A DNA stretch of 64,000 nt from Octopus sinensis. Its lineage: Eukaryota. Under the pieces are notes generated by a model. That model was not told the origin of the DNA. It saw only the letters and a list, made by a program, of their open reading frames with translations, and did no database searches. The stretch covers positions 33,046,001 through 33,110,000 of the forward strand of contig NC_043017.1 of the NCBI RefSeq assembly GCF_006345805.1, in the 5' to 3' direction. A program made the translations under genes and the position numbers. Below are positions 36,791 through 50,298 of the stretch, piece by piece; within the stretch, counting starts at the first letter, position 1; every line of letters begins with the position of its first letter.

Positions 36791-37749
36791 TGTTTGGATC
36801 CTAACCGCTAGATACTCGGTCAGACACCACGGATGAAACACAATAGTTTCACTTCGTCAATCTATAAATTGATCAATAAGCGTGAGGCTACGACGTTGTG
36901 TGGTTTTCTCAATTTTTTCTCTAGTTCCCTTTAAAATAAATCGCTTTTTTGCGCTTTTCTAATGGCAGTGTTGAAGGCGGCTGGCTGATTCGAACCTCCA
37001 CTCTTGCCATGCAGACGCTACGGAGATTTGTGCGGATGACTTTGTGTATGTTTGAACTAACCGCATGTTGTCACAAAACAGCTTTCTATAATTTCAAAGC
37101 AGTTTTTCTTACGTCCAGTCAGCATTTATTAATATTGTTCATTGGAAATACCCAACACTAAATACCTTTATGTTCGACAATAAATATTTCAGTTAAATTT
37201 TCACGGGTCTGCTTCGGTTATTCTACATACAGCTTTTCTGCAACAAAAACGGTCCAGCAACGAGACATTCTCTGAACGACAACAAATCTCCCCACGACAC
37301 TTTCAATAATAAGGACCAATAGATTATACTGTAGATGTACATTCTATTACAACGATAAACAAAGTAGTCAGTAGCAAGTGTCAACGTTGTGTGAAAATTG
37401 CTCTTTCTGTAGCATCAGTCAGCAAACCTCTCGCTGTGTTGAAATATAAATGTGAAAAATGTCATTCGATAGCAAAGATCAAGTCAAAACAAAAACTAGA
37501 AGAAACATAGAAAGCAACAAAAGAAAACACATGGACAAAAGGGTATATGTCCGGTCTTGCGCCCTACTTATAGTTGGAAATAAATATCTTTTGAATCTAA
37601 GTCGATTCTTTAAAAATGGATAACGCAATTCTAGATGAGTTACACCAAAAAAATAAACAGGTAATCACTGAAATATGTACCTTCTTCACCAAGACTGTTT
37701 AAAGCTCACCTGACCAGAGATGAGCTATTGCAATATTGCATAAAATGTC

Positions 37750-38050
37750 AAGGTGGCGAGCTGGCCGAAATTCGTTCCGAGTTCAAATTCCGCCGAGGTT
37801 CACTTTGTCCTTTATCCTTTCGGAATCGTTACAGAATAAAAACTGAATGGTTCAGGGTGAAGCCAAACCATTTTCCCTTAGACATAAGGGCCAGAAATTG
37901 ATCCCTAGTAATTTCAGTGGTTACTTTACTTATTGACAATGAAAGGATGAAAGGCAAAGTTGACCTTAGAGAGATTTTATTTCAGAATGTAAAGAGCGGT
38001 AACAAATACCACAAGGTATTTTTTTAATGCTCTAAGTATTCTGCCAATCT
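37750..38050. mobile_element. Decayed SINE family A fragments in both orientations
   Basis: ggtggcgagctggc...gagttcaaattccgccgagg (plus) and gaaaggatgaaaggcaaagttgacc (minus). Confidence 0.65.
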
Positions 38051-38825
38051 GGTAACAATAATCTCAAAGAATGAATCTTGGAGAATAAAGAATATAAAAA
38101 AAATATTAAAAAACGTTTTTAAAATCACAGAAATCTCAATTTTTCCAAAGCCTTCCCTTTTGATCCAGTTACACAATTCTACTAGTAGAATACTGGAGTC
38201 GATGTAATTGTCTTAATCTCTCCCGCCAAAATCGTTGGCTTGTTATAAAATCTGAAACCAATATTGCACAATATATCTTTATAATCAGATGAAATGCCCA
38301 CACCCATCAATATAATTATTTATGAACATAAGACTAGATTCGCACTAAAATATTACACAAATATGAATATACATCAAGACTAATTTACAATTTTGCTTGC
38401 AGTAGTCCATCAAATACGGTAATGACCGACTTCTTTCATTGTGAATACATTTTACACGGGACTCTTCAATTAAAATCCGTATTATTAAGGTTCCATAAGA
38501 TGTGTTGAAGTTTTGACGGGGCACATTTACGCTGGATAAATTACATTTATGCAAATAAAGAATTATTGATATCATTTCATGTCTTTTTTTTTATAGGTTC
38601 TTCAAATTTTCGATTTATTTATGATCTGTTTTGTGCCTTTAGACAGAAAGCACAAAAAAGCCCCAAACGGGAGCTAGTCAAGAACATCGCAGGGAAGGCT
38701 AAATTTTGGTTAATGTGTATATGTGTATATATACATTATAGATATATATGCAAGCATGTTTATATATATATATATATATATATACTTTATAGATATATAT
38801 GCAAGCATGTTTATATATATATATA

Positions 38826-38891
38826 CGAGCAAAACGCCCCCGAGTTGTCAAACATTTAAACCAAATTCTTTCAAAACATCTTTTATATATA

Positions 38892-38943
<52 letters not shown>

Positions 38944-39146
38944 CAAATATTCTTTGTATATTATAAATATATAACTTTATTGATCGCATTCTCACCTGGA
39001 ATCGAGTTTTGTAATTTTTTCAAGATTTTTACACGCCCTGATACCGTCGGTATCTACATATCAAATTTGAACGCAATTGGATGGAGGATGCCCGAAAACC
39101 TAGAAGACACACACACAGACAGACAGAACGGATTTTATATAATAGA
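38826..39146 (-). mobile_element. Decayed non-autonomous Helitron
   Basis: Minus strand starts (A)TCTATTATATAAAATCC; other end cgagcaaaacgccccgagttg resembles ctagcagtatcgcccggcgttg of 11275. Confidence 0.55.
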
Positions 39147-39178
39147 TATATATACACATATATATACACAAACACACA

Positions 39179-39230
<52 letters not shown>

Positions 39231-39289
39231 ACACACACATATATATATATATACGTATATATGTACATATATAAAATAAATTCTTTTAT

Positions 39290-40458
39290 CTTATTATTTT
39301 CTTTTACGGGTTTCAACCAGAGGCTGAGGCCGTAGTGGTGCACCGTCTTCACTGCATCCGGGGATTTTTCCAGTATTGCTCTGATGAAGTAACGAGTTGG
39401 ACGTTGCCGCTCTTCTTTCCGCCTCCTGCCGCGTTGTGGGTTCATCCGGTACTGCAAATATAAAAAAGAGTATCTAGACGTTTTTCTTTTTTTTTTTTTG
39501 AAGATTTCCATTTCTACACCTCGCAGATCCCTGATGTTCTGCAGGAAGGGCATTAAAAATTTGTAATAGCTCAAGCTATTCCAATATTGGGTTCGAATCC
39601 TCGATGGAGAAGATGGGAGCTTTGGTACTGTGTAATCCCGTCCAGTTTGGAGATTACTGTAAATTTCGATTCCGAAGTTTGGCGGTAGACCCTTCAATAT
39701 CTTTTCCATATGTATAGCATTGCGTATCGCTCACGTCTATTCTCCAGGGAGTAGAATCCCAGTTCCTTTAACTTCTCCCAGTGGCCCATGTGTTTTACTG
39801 CGTCTATCTTCTTTCTGTTATGGCGCTGGGTTGCCTCTTGTTCCGCAGTCAGTTTTACGCTCTGTGGTGACCAGAGTTGGGAGCAGAAGTCCAGACGAAT
39901 GAGTACAAAGGTTCTCCAAAGTAGAAGCATTGTGTCTCTGTTCCTGGTCCTGAGGGATCTAAGGATCCAACCTGCCACCCGCCTGCATAGTGTTCCCATT
40001 TGAGGAATGTGCACATGGAAAGTTTTGTCGTTACTCATATGGATTCCAAGGTCGCGCACCGACACTAACTCGGGGATCACTTTGCCTGCTGGTCCCTTGT
40101 AGTTCGTTTGTAGTTTGTGGGCTGACAGCGAAGAGCTTGAAATTTTGCGGCATTGAACTGCATATCATTCTCATCTGCCCACTAATATATTACGTTCAGG
40201 TCATTTTGATGCCTTAGGATGTCAGTAGGATCCTTGACAGACTGCGATACTTTTGCATCGTTGGCGTAGCTGGTTAATGCGGCTGACTCTATGGCTGAGG
40301 GCATGTCTGAGAGAGCAACCATAAACAGTAGTGGTCCCAGCACTGTCCCCTAGGGGACTCCACTGAAGATTAGTGTCACTTCGGAGAGAGCACTATTTGC
40401 TGTGACAGCCTGACTTCTGCCCTTCAGGAAATCCTGCAGCCACTCTCGCAGTCTACCA
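39290..40458 (-). pseudogene. CR1/L2-like LINE, RT C-terminal part and 3' end
   Basis: SGVP*GTVLGPLLF, SYANDAK, VRDLGIHMS, VLIRLDFCSQLWSP, LENRRERY motifs; A-rich tail at ~39290. Confidence 0.85.
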
Positions 40459-40459
40459 G

Positions 40460-40471
40460 CGATGTGTAAAC

Positions 40472-40506
<35 letters not shown>

Positions 40507-40726
40507 TATGCACACACATTTAGAAATGTACATATAGATATATACACAAATAATATACATACATATAAACGTACATATATATATATGTATACACACAATA
40601 CATATATATGTGTAATCATGTATACGTATAGGTATATATGTATATGTATGTGTATATATAATTATACATTATATATATAGATATGTGTATGTATATGTAT
40701 ACATATAGATATGTTCATATACATAC

Positions 40727-40759
<33 letters not shown>

Positions 40760-40860
40760 CATATACATACATATATGCACATACACACACACACACAAAC
40801 ATATATATATATATATGCACACACAAATACACACATATATGTATGCAAGTTTATATATAT

Positions 40861-40895
<35 letters not shown>

Positions 40896-40900
40896 CACTC
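40460..40900. repeat. (TA)n/(CA)n field
   Basis: Directly visible. Confidence 0.95.
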
Positions 40901-41310
40901 ATAGAAATTTATTTATATCGCCTCTATTCACTGACTACATAGCACCTTGTTTGTACAATGATTTTATACTTCACTTGACTGATAGCAACCGTTATTGACA
41001 TTTCATTTACCAATTACGTCTGCCTCAGTAAGAATGGGAATTGAGAAACTTCTGTAAGCTTCTATAAGACTTCTGCAGCAGTGCAGCATTGTTTCACGCT
41101 TGCCACCACTGACGATGTCAAATCGTACGATGCTGCCCCCTGAAAGAGGATTCAGTATATAAATATCATTGAGTATTTAAGTCTCCAGGGGTCTTGTTGA
41201 TGTTGTCCAGCTCCAAAGCTAGTGATAATGTAATATAGTAATGGGCCTTAACTGAATACAAGCTATCTTGTCCGATGCTCAAGTGATTTTCATAATCTAT
41301 TGTCTTAATG

Positions 41311-41391
<81 letters not shown>

Positions 41392-41394
<3 letters not shown>

Positions 41395-41946
41395 GCCCTG
41401 ATGCAGTACCAGGCAGTGGCTCTCATAGCTTCCGATCTTAACTGATCGGAAGTGTTATGTACATTGTTTTGGCTTGGTATAAAAGATGGGCTACAGCAAA
41501 TATTCTGCTCAACACTACAGATTTGCTTGTCAGTTGTTTGACCTTAACCAGTTGAGCTTGTCCCTTAGTGGCTGACGATATGTGCATCTCTGATCACGAG
41601 CAGAAGTAGTTGGGGAGCATCATAGCCGTGAGTTGAAAGGAATTCTTAGAGGTTTTGATAACTCACCTTTGGAAACATGGGTGTTTCATTCAACATCCTT
41701 AAACAATCCTTATTCAGGGACCTTTTGAGTAGGATGGGCTACTCGACCAGAAAAAAATTCTAACTGGGCCCCACATGCAAGGTCATGTGCTGTTTATCTT
41801 CATATGAGATCACCATGTCGCGCGCATATGGTTGTGATGCATGTGCCTGGTGTACTCTTATCAGACGGGTAGTCATGATGGGTGTACTGGGCTTTGTATA
41901 TTTTACCCCAGTGTCACTTTGATGGCATGCACCGGTCTCTCACTCA
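41392..41946. mobile_element. ~555-bp non-coding element embedded in (AAT)n
   Basis: Sharp boundaries with (AAT)n on both sides; no ORF; hairpin cttccgatc/gatcggaag near the left end. Confidence 0.55.
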
Positions 41947-41973
41947 ATAATAATAATAATAATAATAATGATG

Positions 41974-42036
<63 letters not shown>

Positions 42037-42037
42037 T

Positions 42038-42770
42038 TAAATGCAGAATGTGCAACCAGCACAATGAGACGGTTGACTGCATCATTTCGGGCTGCCCAAT
42101 CCTTGCAAAGTCTGAATATAAAAACGGCCACGTCAGAGTAAGCAGTTATATCCACTGGACAATGTGCCTACATTACATCAAAACTGACAGCAGGTGGTAT
42201 AAGCATGTGCCAAGCAAAGTACAAGACAGCGACCAGGCCACAATCATCTGTGATATGCCGGTTCAAACCGACAAAGAAATATTCTATTCTGAAAGAGAGC
42301 AAAAAATTCACTACTGATCTTTTAGTACCTACCAGATTGATCAGGTTGAAGGAAATGCGCCACCTGCTGCTGCAAAGAAAATAAAATTAATTGCAAAGAC
42401 AAAAGCACGTGAAAAATTAGCTAGCAGATGGGAACAGAAACCTCTGCATGGCAAGTATGTGGCCCGTAGCAAACAAGTTGATGTCACCAGAAATAGACGC
42501 ACCAATGGTTACGAAGCTCAGGGCTAAAAGCAGAGAGTGACTGTTTCATATTAGCTGCTTAAGACCAAAGCTTATTAACCCGGATGAACCAAGCCAATGT
42601 GATAAAATATGGAGCTGACCCAAAATACCGTTTCTGTAACGATGAGATTGAAACTATAGACCACCTAATCTCAGGGTGTAGAGTCTTAGCACCTGTAGAA
42701 TATAAAGCAGGACATGACAGAGTCGGTGAGTTCCAACAAAACCTGTGATAAAGAGAAATAATAATAAGAA
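42038..42770 (+). pseudogene. Two joined R4/Dong-type LINE fragments (CCHC knuckle and pre-RLE region)
   Basis: KCRMCNQHNETVDCIISGCPIL...IHWTMC; then RWEQKPLHGKY, SSGLKAES...DQSLLTR, ETIDHLISGC. Confidence 0.82.
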
Positions 42771-43281
42771 GAAAAAGAATACTGATGATGATGATGATTG
42801 TCTCTTTATTACCGACAGTTTCTTGACATATAAACGTGTTAAACAAAAGGGAGTGGAGGCTTGGAAGGGCGGCAAAAAAGATTAAAAAACATAATAAAAT
42901 ATATTGGAAGAGGTTAATAATTTGCTCGAATGCATTTAGATATAACGAAGAAATTCACAAACACAAGGGGGATTAAGCCACGACATTAGTAAGATGAGAG
43001 CTACGAACTTCTTAACCATTATGCGCCAATTACTACAGCAAATTATTTAAACTGATATTTAGCAGTTTTGAATTTTGGATTTACCTGAACCGTGAAGGAA
43101 ACTACATTATCTTTTCTGTAGTCTCTTAGCTGCTGATAGACAGCAAAATATTGTCCTTATTAACCCTTTATCATTTAAGGGCTCTTAGTTTTCACCTTAC
43201 ACCTCCTCAAACTGTACGGTATTTAACACATTTGGGCCATTTAGAATTACATTAACTATGCCAATAATCTCCTTTCACAAG

Positions 43282-43855
43282 GCTAGCAGAAACGTTAGCA
43301 CGCCGGGTGAAATGCTTTGCGGTATTTCGTCTGCCGTTACGTTCTGAGTTCAAATTCCGCCGAAGTCGACTTTGCCTTTCATCCTTTCGGGGTCGATAAA
43401 TTAAGTACCAGTTACGCACTAGGATCGATAAAATCGACTTAATCCGTTTATCTGTCCTTGTTTATCCTCTCTGTGTTTGTCCCCTTGTGGGTAGTGAAGA
43501 ATAAGTATTTCGTCTACCGCTACGTTCTGAGTTCAAATTCCGCCGAAGTCGACTTTGCCTTTCATCCTTTCGGGGTCGATTAAATAAGTACCAGTTATAA
43601 TCGACTTAATCCATTTGTTTGTCCTTGTTTGTCCCCTCTGTGTGTCGCCCCTTGTGGGTAATAAAGAAATAGGTATTTCGCCTGCCGCTACGTTCTGAGT
43701 TCAAATTCTGCCATGGTCGACTTTGCCTTTTATCCTTCCGGGGTCGGTTAAATAAGTACCAGTTACGCACTGGGGTTGATGTAATCGGCTTAATACCTTT
43801 GTCTGTCCTTGTTTGTCCTTTCTGTGTTTAGCCCCTTGTGGTTAGTAAAGAAATT
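43282..43855 (+). mobile_element. SINE family A, three tandem units
   Basis: Units restart at gtatttcg near 43322, 43506 and 43673. Confidence 0.9.
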
Positions 43856-44665
43856 ATTCTTTCATAAAACCGTAAATTTCAGGCTCCTTCGAGACGGTTA
43901 TCTACCGTATTTTTAGCCTTTTGTTTGGTCTTAGTCTCTTTATTCCCCATTTCCTTCATCGTCACGTATTGCAGCAGCAACAATGCACGAATGATCATTT
44001 CTATCAAACGGTTTAAATTGATTTAAGTTGATCAGCGCTCCAGTACATGCGTCGCAAGTGAATATTGTCTCAGGAAGATGAATCCGGGATCTCACAGTTT
44101 GTGCTGGTCTGAGGATATTCGAATCAAGCATCAACCGAAACTTATGATCAAGAAATTTTTTATATTACCTCCTTGTTCTTTCATTATCGCGATATCACTC
44201 CGGCTTGCTTAATTTAGAATTTTTGCAATCTGTTGTCAGTTCCAGAAACCCTCTACCATGAGAGTGCCAAATAGTATAGCATTCTGCAATAATGTTCAAA
44301 GGGAACCCTATCCAGTTCTGACAAATAACCGCTAGAGGAGCTGCTGATGGCGTCCGCTATTCCAGAAGTGCAAATCGGAATGGCCGCCCGCGGTGGTTAA
44401 TAACATAATCATTGGAATCTAACGAAATGTTTAACACTTTTCATTTTGGTACCTTGCTTTTGAGTTCATGTCATGGCGAAGTTCATTTTGAATTCATCCT
44501 TTTAGAGAAGATTAAATGCCAAAACCGCTTGAGCGCCGGATGGGATGCTTTCTGATAGTTTTGTTTTGGATCTTAGCATTGTGTGTTCAAATCCTTCCAG
44601 GACTACTTGGTTGGCTGACTTAATCTATTTACTCGATATAACATCTTGACCTGGTTACTTGCCCC

Positions 44666-45297
44666 ATGAAAAAAACTGGTAGGAACACAAACCCCCCTCC
44701 AGCGCTTGAAAATGATCACATGTCACTCTTCTGGAACTTCACCATTCAAACTGACCGAAAGATAGATGCAAATAGGCCAGACATCATATTGAAAGACTTC
44801 AGACAAAGAACATGCCTCCTCATTGATATGACTGTCCCAATCGATATAAACGTATCTGTCAAGACCTACCAAAAACTGAGCAAATATAAAGATATTGAAA
44901 TAGAAATTAGCAAAATGTGGAACCTGAAGACTAAAACAACACCTGTTGTCATAGGTGCCCTGGGAATGACAGCAAAAGGGGTTGATTGCTACCCAGCTCA
45001 GATACCAGGAAACCCCAAAATGACAGAAATTCAGAAGATAGTGCTCATGGGAACTGCTCATATCCTACGCAAAGTACTTTCTATGTAATCTCAAATCTTA
45101 AAACAAACACAGTTTTCGTATGGTTTTTTATGCATTCACTAGTACAACACTATGTACAAAACCAAATATATGGCACCCTAGACATAACACCAACATGAAC
45201 TTCTTAACTTCTTGTCTCTTGATGTCTCTGGGTGAGACTTGGAGCCAACTTGTACAAATGTAAAGCAAAATCAAACATAAAATAATAATAATAATCC
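44666..45297 (+). pseudogene. R4/Dong-type LINE 3' end: restriction-like endonuclease domain, 3' UTR, (AAT)n tail
   Basis: FWNFTIQTDRKIDANRPDIILKD...LLIDMTVP...KLSKYKDIEIEI..MW...PVVIGALG. Confidence 0.88.
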
Positions 45298-45445
45298 CAG
45301 TGTTTCATTGGTACTTAGTTAATCGACCCCGAAAGGATGAAAGGCAAAGTCAACCTCAGCGGAATTTGAACCCAGAACGTATCGACGGACGAAATACCGC
45401 TAAGCATTTCCTCCAGTGAGCTAACGAATCAACCAGCTCGCTGCC
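45298..45445 (-). mobile_element. SINE family A (head and core)
   Basis: gaccccgaaaggatgaaaggcaaagtcaacctcagcggaatttgaacc. Confidence 0.8.
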
Positions 45446-45836
45446 TTCATAATAATGACAATAAAAATAATGATGATAATAATAACAACAATAATGATAA
45501 TAATGAAGAGGAGGAGGAGGGGGAGGAGTGGAGGCGGAGAAGATGAGGAGGAGAGGAGGTAAGAATAGTGAGCGTGATAAAATGATAATGAAATAAGGGA
45601 TGCAAATGAAGGCAGCAATGTGTTGTTAAAATCTATTTAATTAGCTGATATAAGGCATATGACTTATTCTCAAGAGGAAATCTTACGAGTTCACTTCGAA
45701 TAAAATCTCTTGGGTGAGATTTTTGCTTCTTTGTCTTTTCGCTGAACAAAATACATAAAATACGACCATCATATATGTGTGTCTGTGTGTATGTGTGTGT
45801 GTGTGTATTTATGTATACGTGTATGTTTATATATAT

Positions 45837-45873
<37 letters not shown>

Positions 45874-45929
45874 CGTGTGTATGAATATATTTAACGTGTA
45901 ACTATAGTCATACATCAGTGGATACACAT

Positions 45930-45964
<35 letters not shown>

Positions 45965-46120
45965 GTATGTATGTATGTATATATGTATATATGTATGTAT
46001 TATATATATATATATGTATGTATATATATACGTATATATATATATGTATATATATACATATATATATACGTATATTATATATATACATGTAATATAGTAT
46101 ATATATATATGATATATTAT

Positions 46121-46152
<32 letters not shown>

Positions 46153-46165
46153 CATCTATACATGC

Positions 46166-46215
<50 letters not shown>

Positions 46216-46714
46216 TGTATAGATGTGTATGTATATGTGCACACATACATACGTACATACAGAGAGATAAAATCAAACAATAAAGCTAATTTAAATTCAC
46301 AATTTACGTCAATATATCATTGTCAACGTGAAAAACTAAAAAAAAATAATACAGAAGAAAACAATTGTATATAACAAACGAACAATAATTCTATTTATAT
46401 TGATTTTAATTTCCTGTATGTATATGTAAGATTGCGTGTGTACACACACATACACACACATATATACATGTGTATATATATGGGTGTGAGGGAGTAGGTA
46501 TGTATGTTTGGGCAGATGTGCGCTTTGCTTGAATAACTAAATAACAAGAGATGAAATCAGCAAATATTTAAAACTATATCCAAACCAAGAAGTAAATGGG
46601 CAGAAGTAATGGAGTTATGTAGTGACAACACAATATAAACATAAACATATACTTAGGTATATATATATATATATATATATATATGATCAATATATTTGCC
46701 CACTCGTAAATTCG

Positions 46715-46759
<45 letters not shown>

Positions 46760-46915
46760 AAACACATACAACATGTAAATGTGTATATAAGTTTGCATAT
46801 ATACCCAATATATACCTAAGCACTCATAAAAATATCTATTTATCTTTATGTGTGCGTGTATATATGTGTGTGTGTATGTATGTATGCGTGTATGTATATC
46901 CTCTCTGTTCTATAT

Positions 46916-46965
<50 letters not shown>

Positions 46966-47335
46966 TAGAGAAGAAGAGAGAGAGAGAGAGAGAGAGAGAG
47001 ATAATGAGTAAAAGAGAGCTTTTTGAAATCTCTATAATATAATATAATATAGTATAATATACGCATATACACACACATATATAGAATAATTTTATAATTT
47101 TATAATTTTCACAGAGCTGTGAGATGTTTCGTTTTCTAATCTGATGAATATTACAGAATGACTTCCATATTATGGAACTTGGAGGTTTGAAGTTTTAGCA
47201 AAACCCCATATTTCAATAACAATTAACTGAATACTTTGATTTAGTTTCTGATAGCATTAAATATTTACTGCGCGCACACACACACATACACACACACACG
47301 TATTCATATGTACACATATGCGCGTGTTTTTGAGA

Positions 47336-47375
<40 letters not shown>

Positions 47376-47505
47376 ATCCGTATACATTCTCAGAGAATAA
47401 GCTTTCTGGAATTCTCCTTCTTCTGATACTTTTCCCCGCAAGTTTTGACTTACAGGCTCTCAAATGGAGTAGTAATGGCGTTAATGCCACCGTTGTAAGA
47501 AGGTA

Positions 47506-47836
47506 CGCGAGAGCGCGTGGCTTAGTGGTTAGGGCATTCGGCTCATGATCGTAAGGTTGTGAGTTCGATTCCCGGCGGCGCGTTGTCTCCTTGAGCAAGA
47601 CATTTTATTTCACGTTGCTCCAGTCCACTCAACTGGCAAAAATGAGTAGTACCTGTATTTCAAAAAAGGGCCAGCCTTGTCACACTCTGTGTCATGCTGA
47701 ATCTCTTTGCGAACTGCGTTAAGGGTACACGTGTCTGTGGAGTGCTCAGCCACTTACACGTTAATTTCACGAGCAAGCTGTTCCGTTGATCATATCAGCT
47801 GGGACCCTCGTCGTCGTAACCGACGGAGTGTTCCCC
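47506..47836 (+). mobile_element. tRNA-derived SINE, head D + tail T1
   Basis: A-box tggcttagtgg, B-box gagttcgattcc; TSD tgtaagaaggta at 47494-47505 and 47837-47848. Confidence 0.92.
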
Positions 47837-49664
47837 TGTAAGAAGGTAGGTGACTGGTAAGTGCATCGCCCTTTCCTCTACCCCTTGCAAGGAAAACTTG
47901 AAGCATATGCATGTTACTGTTATTCTATATAGCACTGGCAGGGTGATGGATCTCTGCAGTCTGTAGCGGTCGGGTACCTATCATTGACAAGACCTAACTA
48001 GGTCAGAGTCACGTGATCTGTTGGTGTCGGCGTTGGAGGACCCAGGGATTTATCTCGCCGCTAGTGATATAAACAAGAGTGCAATTTACACGAAAAACCC
48101 AATATGAGAGTTTCTCTCGTGGTAACTGCCGCAGTATAGTTTGTTCTAACAGAACATTCACGTTTAAGTGGGGTTAAAGCATTACCGTTCGGTATTAATT
48201 CAGCCTCTGTCGCTAATATATATTTTCTTCTTTTTCTGGAAAAACATTTTATTTGCTGGGTTTGCTATACATGCCATATATCAGAAAAACGGATCCTAAC
48301 AGAATTCCTGTGTTAATAGCTGGCCTCTAGCAAAAAGTGCACAAAGGCACTTTTGGTCAGAATCTAACGTTATTTCAAATATCTCTGCAAGACAGACACA
48401 AAGGCTTAGAACATGGACTTCTATAATATATATGGTAGAAGATTGGAAACGATTGAACTCATTGGTGTCTGGTATAAAGACTGGCTTTTATTATTGAGAG
48501 AAGAAACGGAAGCTTGGAGTTGGAAGCAAAAGAATGTCTGTTGAGCAAAAGCACCACCATGGAGACACATGAGGAAATTGCCTTCAGAGACAGAAGAAAC
48601 GGCTTTGCCAACAAATCCAAATTCAGATTAGCTGAAAAACTGTAAAATGTTTCTCAAAATATACACTCTACTTAAATTACCTGGCAATCACCAGGCTGAA
48701 AATTACCTCGCGTAATTTCCTCTTGGTCTTAACCCTGGTGATTACAATATTAAGCTCATCCACTGGGCCAGGCTATCAGATAAACGGTAATCGGAGGATT
48801 GTTTGTTATATCAAAGACATGCCTGAAAATCCAAAAAGTCCGCAGTTTCTACAATTATAACCAAGAAGAATGGAGTGAGTTGGTCCTTTTAAGTCACTGA
48901 TTTATAATTGTTTCATCGAAAATCGATCGCATGAGGATTGCTATATTATGCAATCATATATGCAACCATTGATATATAAGGTGTCCTTGATGCATAATCG
49001 AAGATCGATTCTTCAGAATTATGCATAAAAGTTATTTGTTGTGGACACCTGAATTTACGATAATTCATATCCATATTAAGTTGGGCGTGTTTAAATGGTT
49101 ACGTTTCCCTATTAGAAGTCAAGCATAAAGAAAAAAACAAAATTGGTTTGATTTGACTAGTTAAGAAGAAGGATGAATCGAAAGAAGAAAAGAGAAAATA
49201 AAAGCATAGAATAAAAGTTTCTGTATTTAGAAAGATAATAAAATATAGTCTTGTGAACAGTTTCTGTCTTAAAGACACTTTGTAGTAACATTCTTCGAAA
49301 GTGATTTGATTTCTCTTTGGATGTAATTGTAGAAATAGAAACTGCAGAATTTTGTGGATTTTCATACACACACACAAACACGCATACACACAACATGTGC
49401 GTACGTATGCATGCACGCTTGCACGCACTCACACACATGTTTGTATCTATATATATGGAGAAACGAAAGAAGGGCCCTGAACATACTAATTGTGAAATAT
49501 ATGTATGGATCAAAACAGTTGGATTCAAATTTCCACTATCCGACGATAAGTTCCACAAGCTTTGAAATCTTAGCCAGCACGGAATTTGAATCAAACTGTT
49601 TTGATCCATATATATATATATTTATATGTATGTATGTATATTATATATTATATTATATCCAGCC

Positions 49665-50240
49665 CCCTCGATCTGTCTCATTTCTCTCCTCCCTCGTCCA
49701 CCTTCTCTCCCTTTTCATCTGTTCCTTTCTCCTGTCTTTTGTTCTCACGTGACAGCTAGCCGCTGTTGAGCGCTCTTTTCGTTTTCAGCAGCCTCAGAAG
49801 CAACCCGTATTTGTTCGTCTCCCCGTGGCCTTTAGGCACAACTTCACAAGCCAGCCCCTACTCAAATCGTCCTGTCGAAAGACCCTTGTCCTACGTCCTG
49901 GTTTTGTTTTGTTGTTTATTTTTTATTTTTACCGTTATTGTTTTACGTTTTGTATTCTTATTGGTGTCACGTATTCTGTATTTTTGTTTGTGTACTTCGA
50001 TCGTTTTCCGTCCTTTCGTTGTATACATTCGAAGCTTTCTTCCAGGGGATCTAATGCGCTTGCTTAGATTTCCCTTGGCGGCTGGCCATATCGGAGCAAT
50101 CTCAAATTAACAGCCGAATTGCTAAGATGATCTGGTTCTTGACTGATGACTGAGGGGCTTCGAATGTCCCGTCCTGTGGTTCTTGGTCGTCCCTGTGGTG
50201 TTTCATGTTCTTGTCCATGTCTGTAATTAATTTTACTGTT
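49665..50240 (+). mobile_element. (TA)n-embedded pyrimidine-rich Penelope-terminus-like cassette, decayed
   Basis: Flanked by (TA)n; contains gaCTGATGActgaggggcttCGAATGTC, a possible eroded HHR. Confidence 0.4.
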
Positions 50241-50266
50241 TACCTATATATATATATATATATATA

Positions 50267-50298
<32 letters not shown>

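Noticed and set aside
36830-37740. Non-repetitive stretch as a host exon
   Set aside because: No frame or splice pair could be supported.
41105-41160. CTGACGA...GAAA as a hammerhead
   Set aside because: Stems I and II do not form.
41395-41460. HDV-like ribozyme at the end of the (AAT)n element
   Set aside because: Hairpins are present, but the nested double-pseudoknot order could not be assigned.
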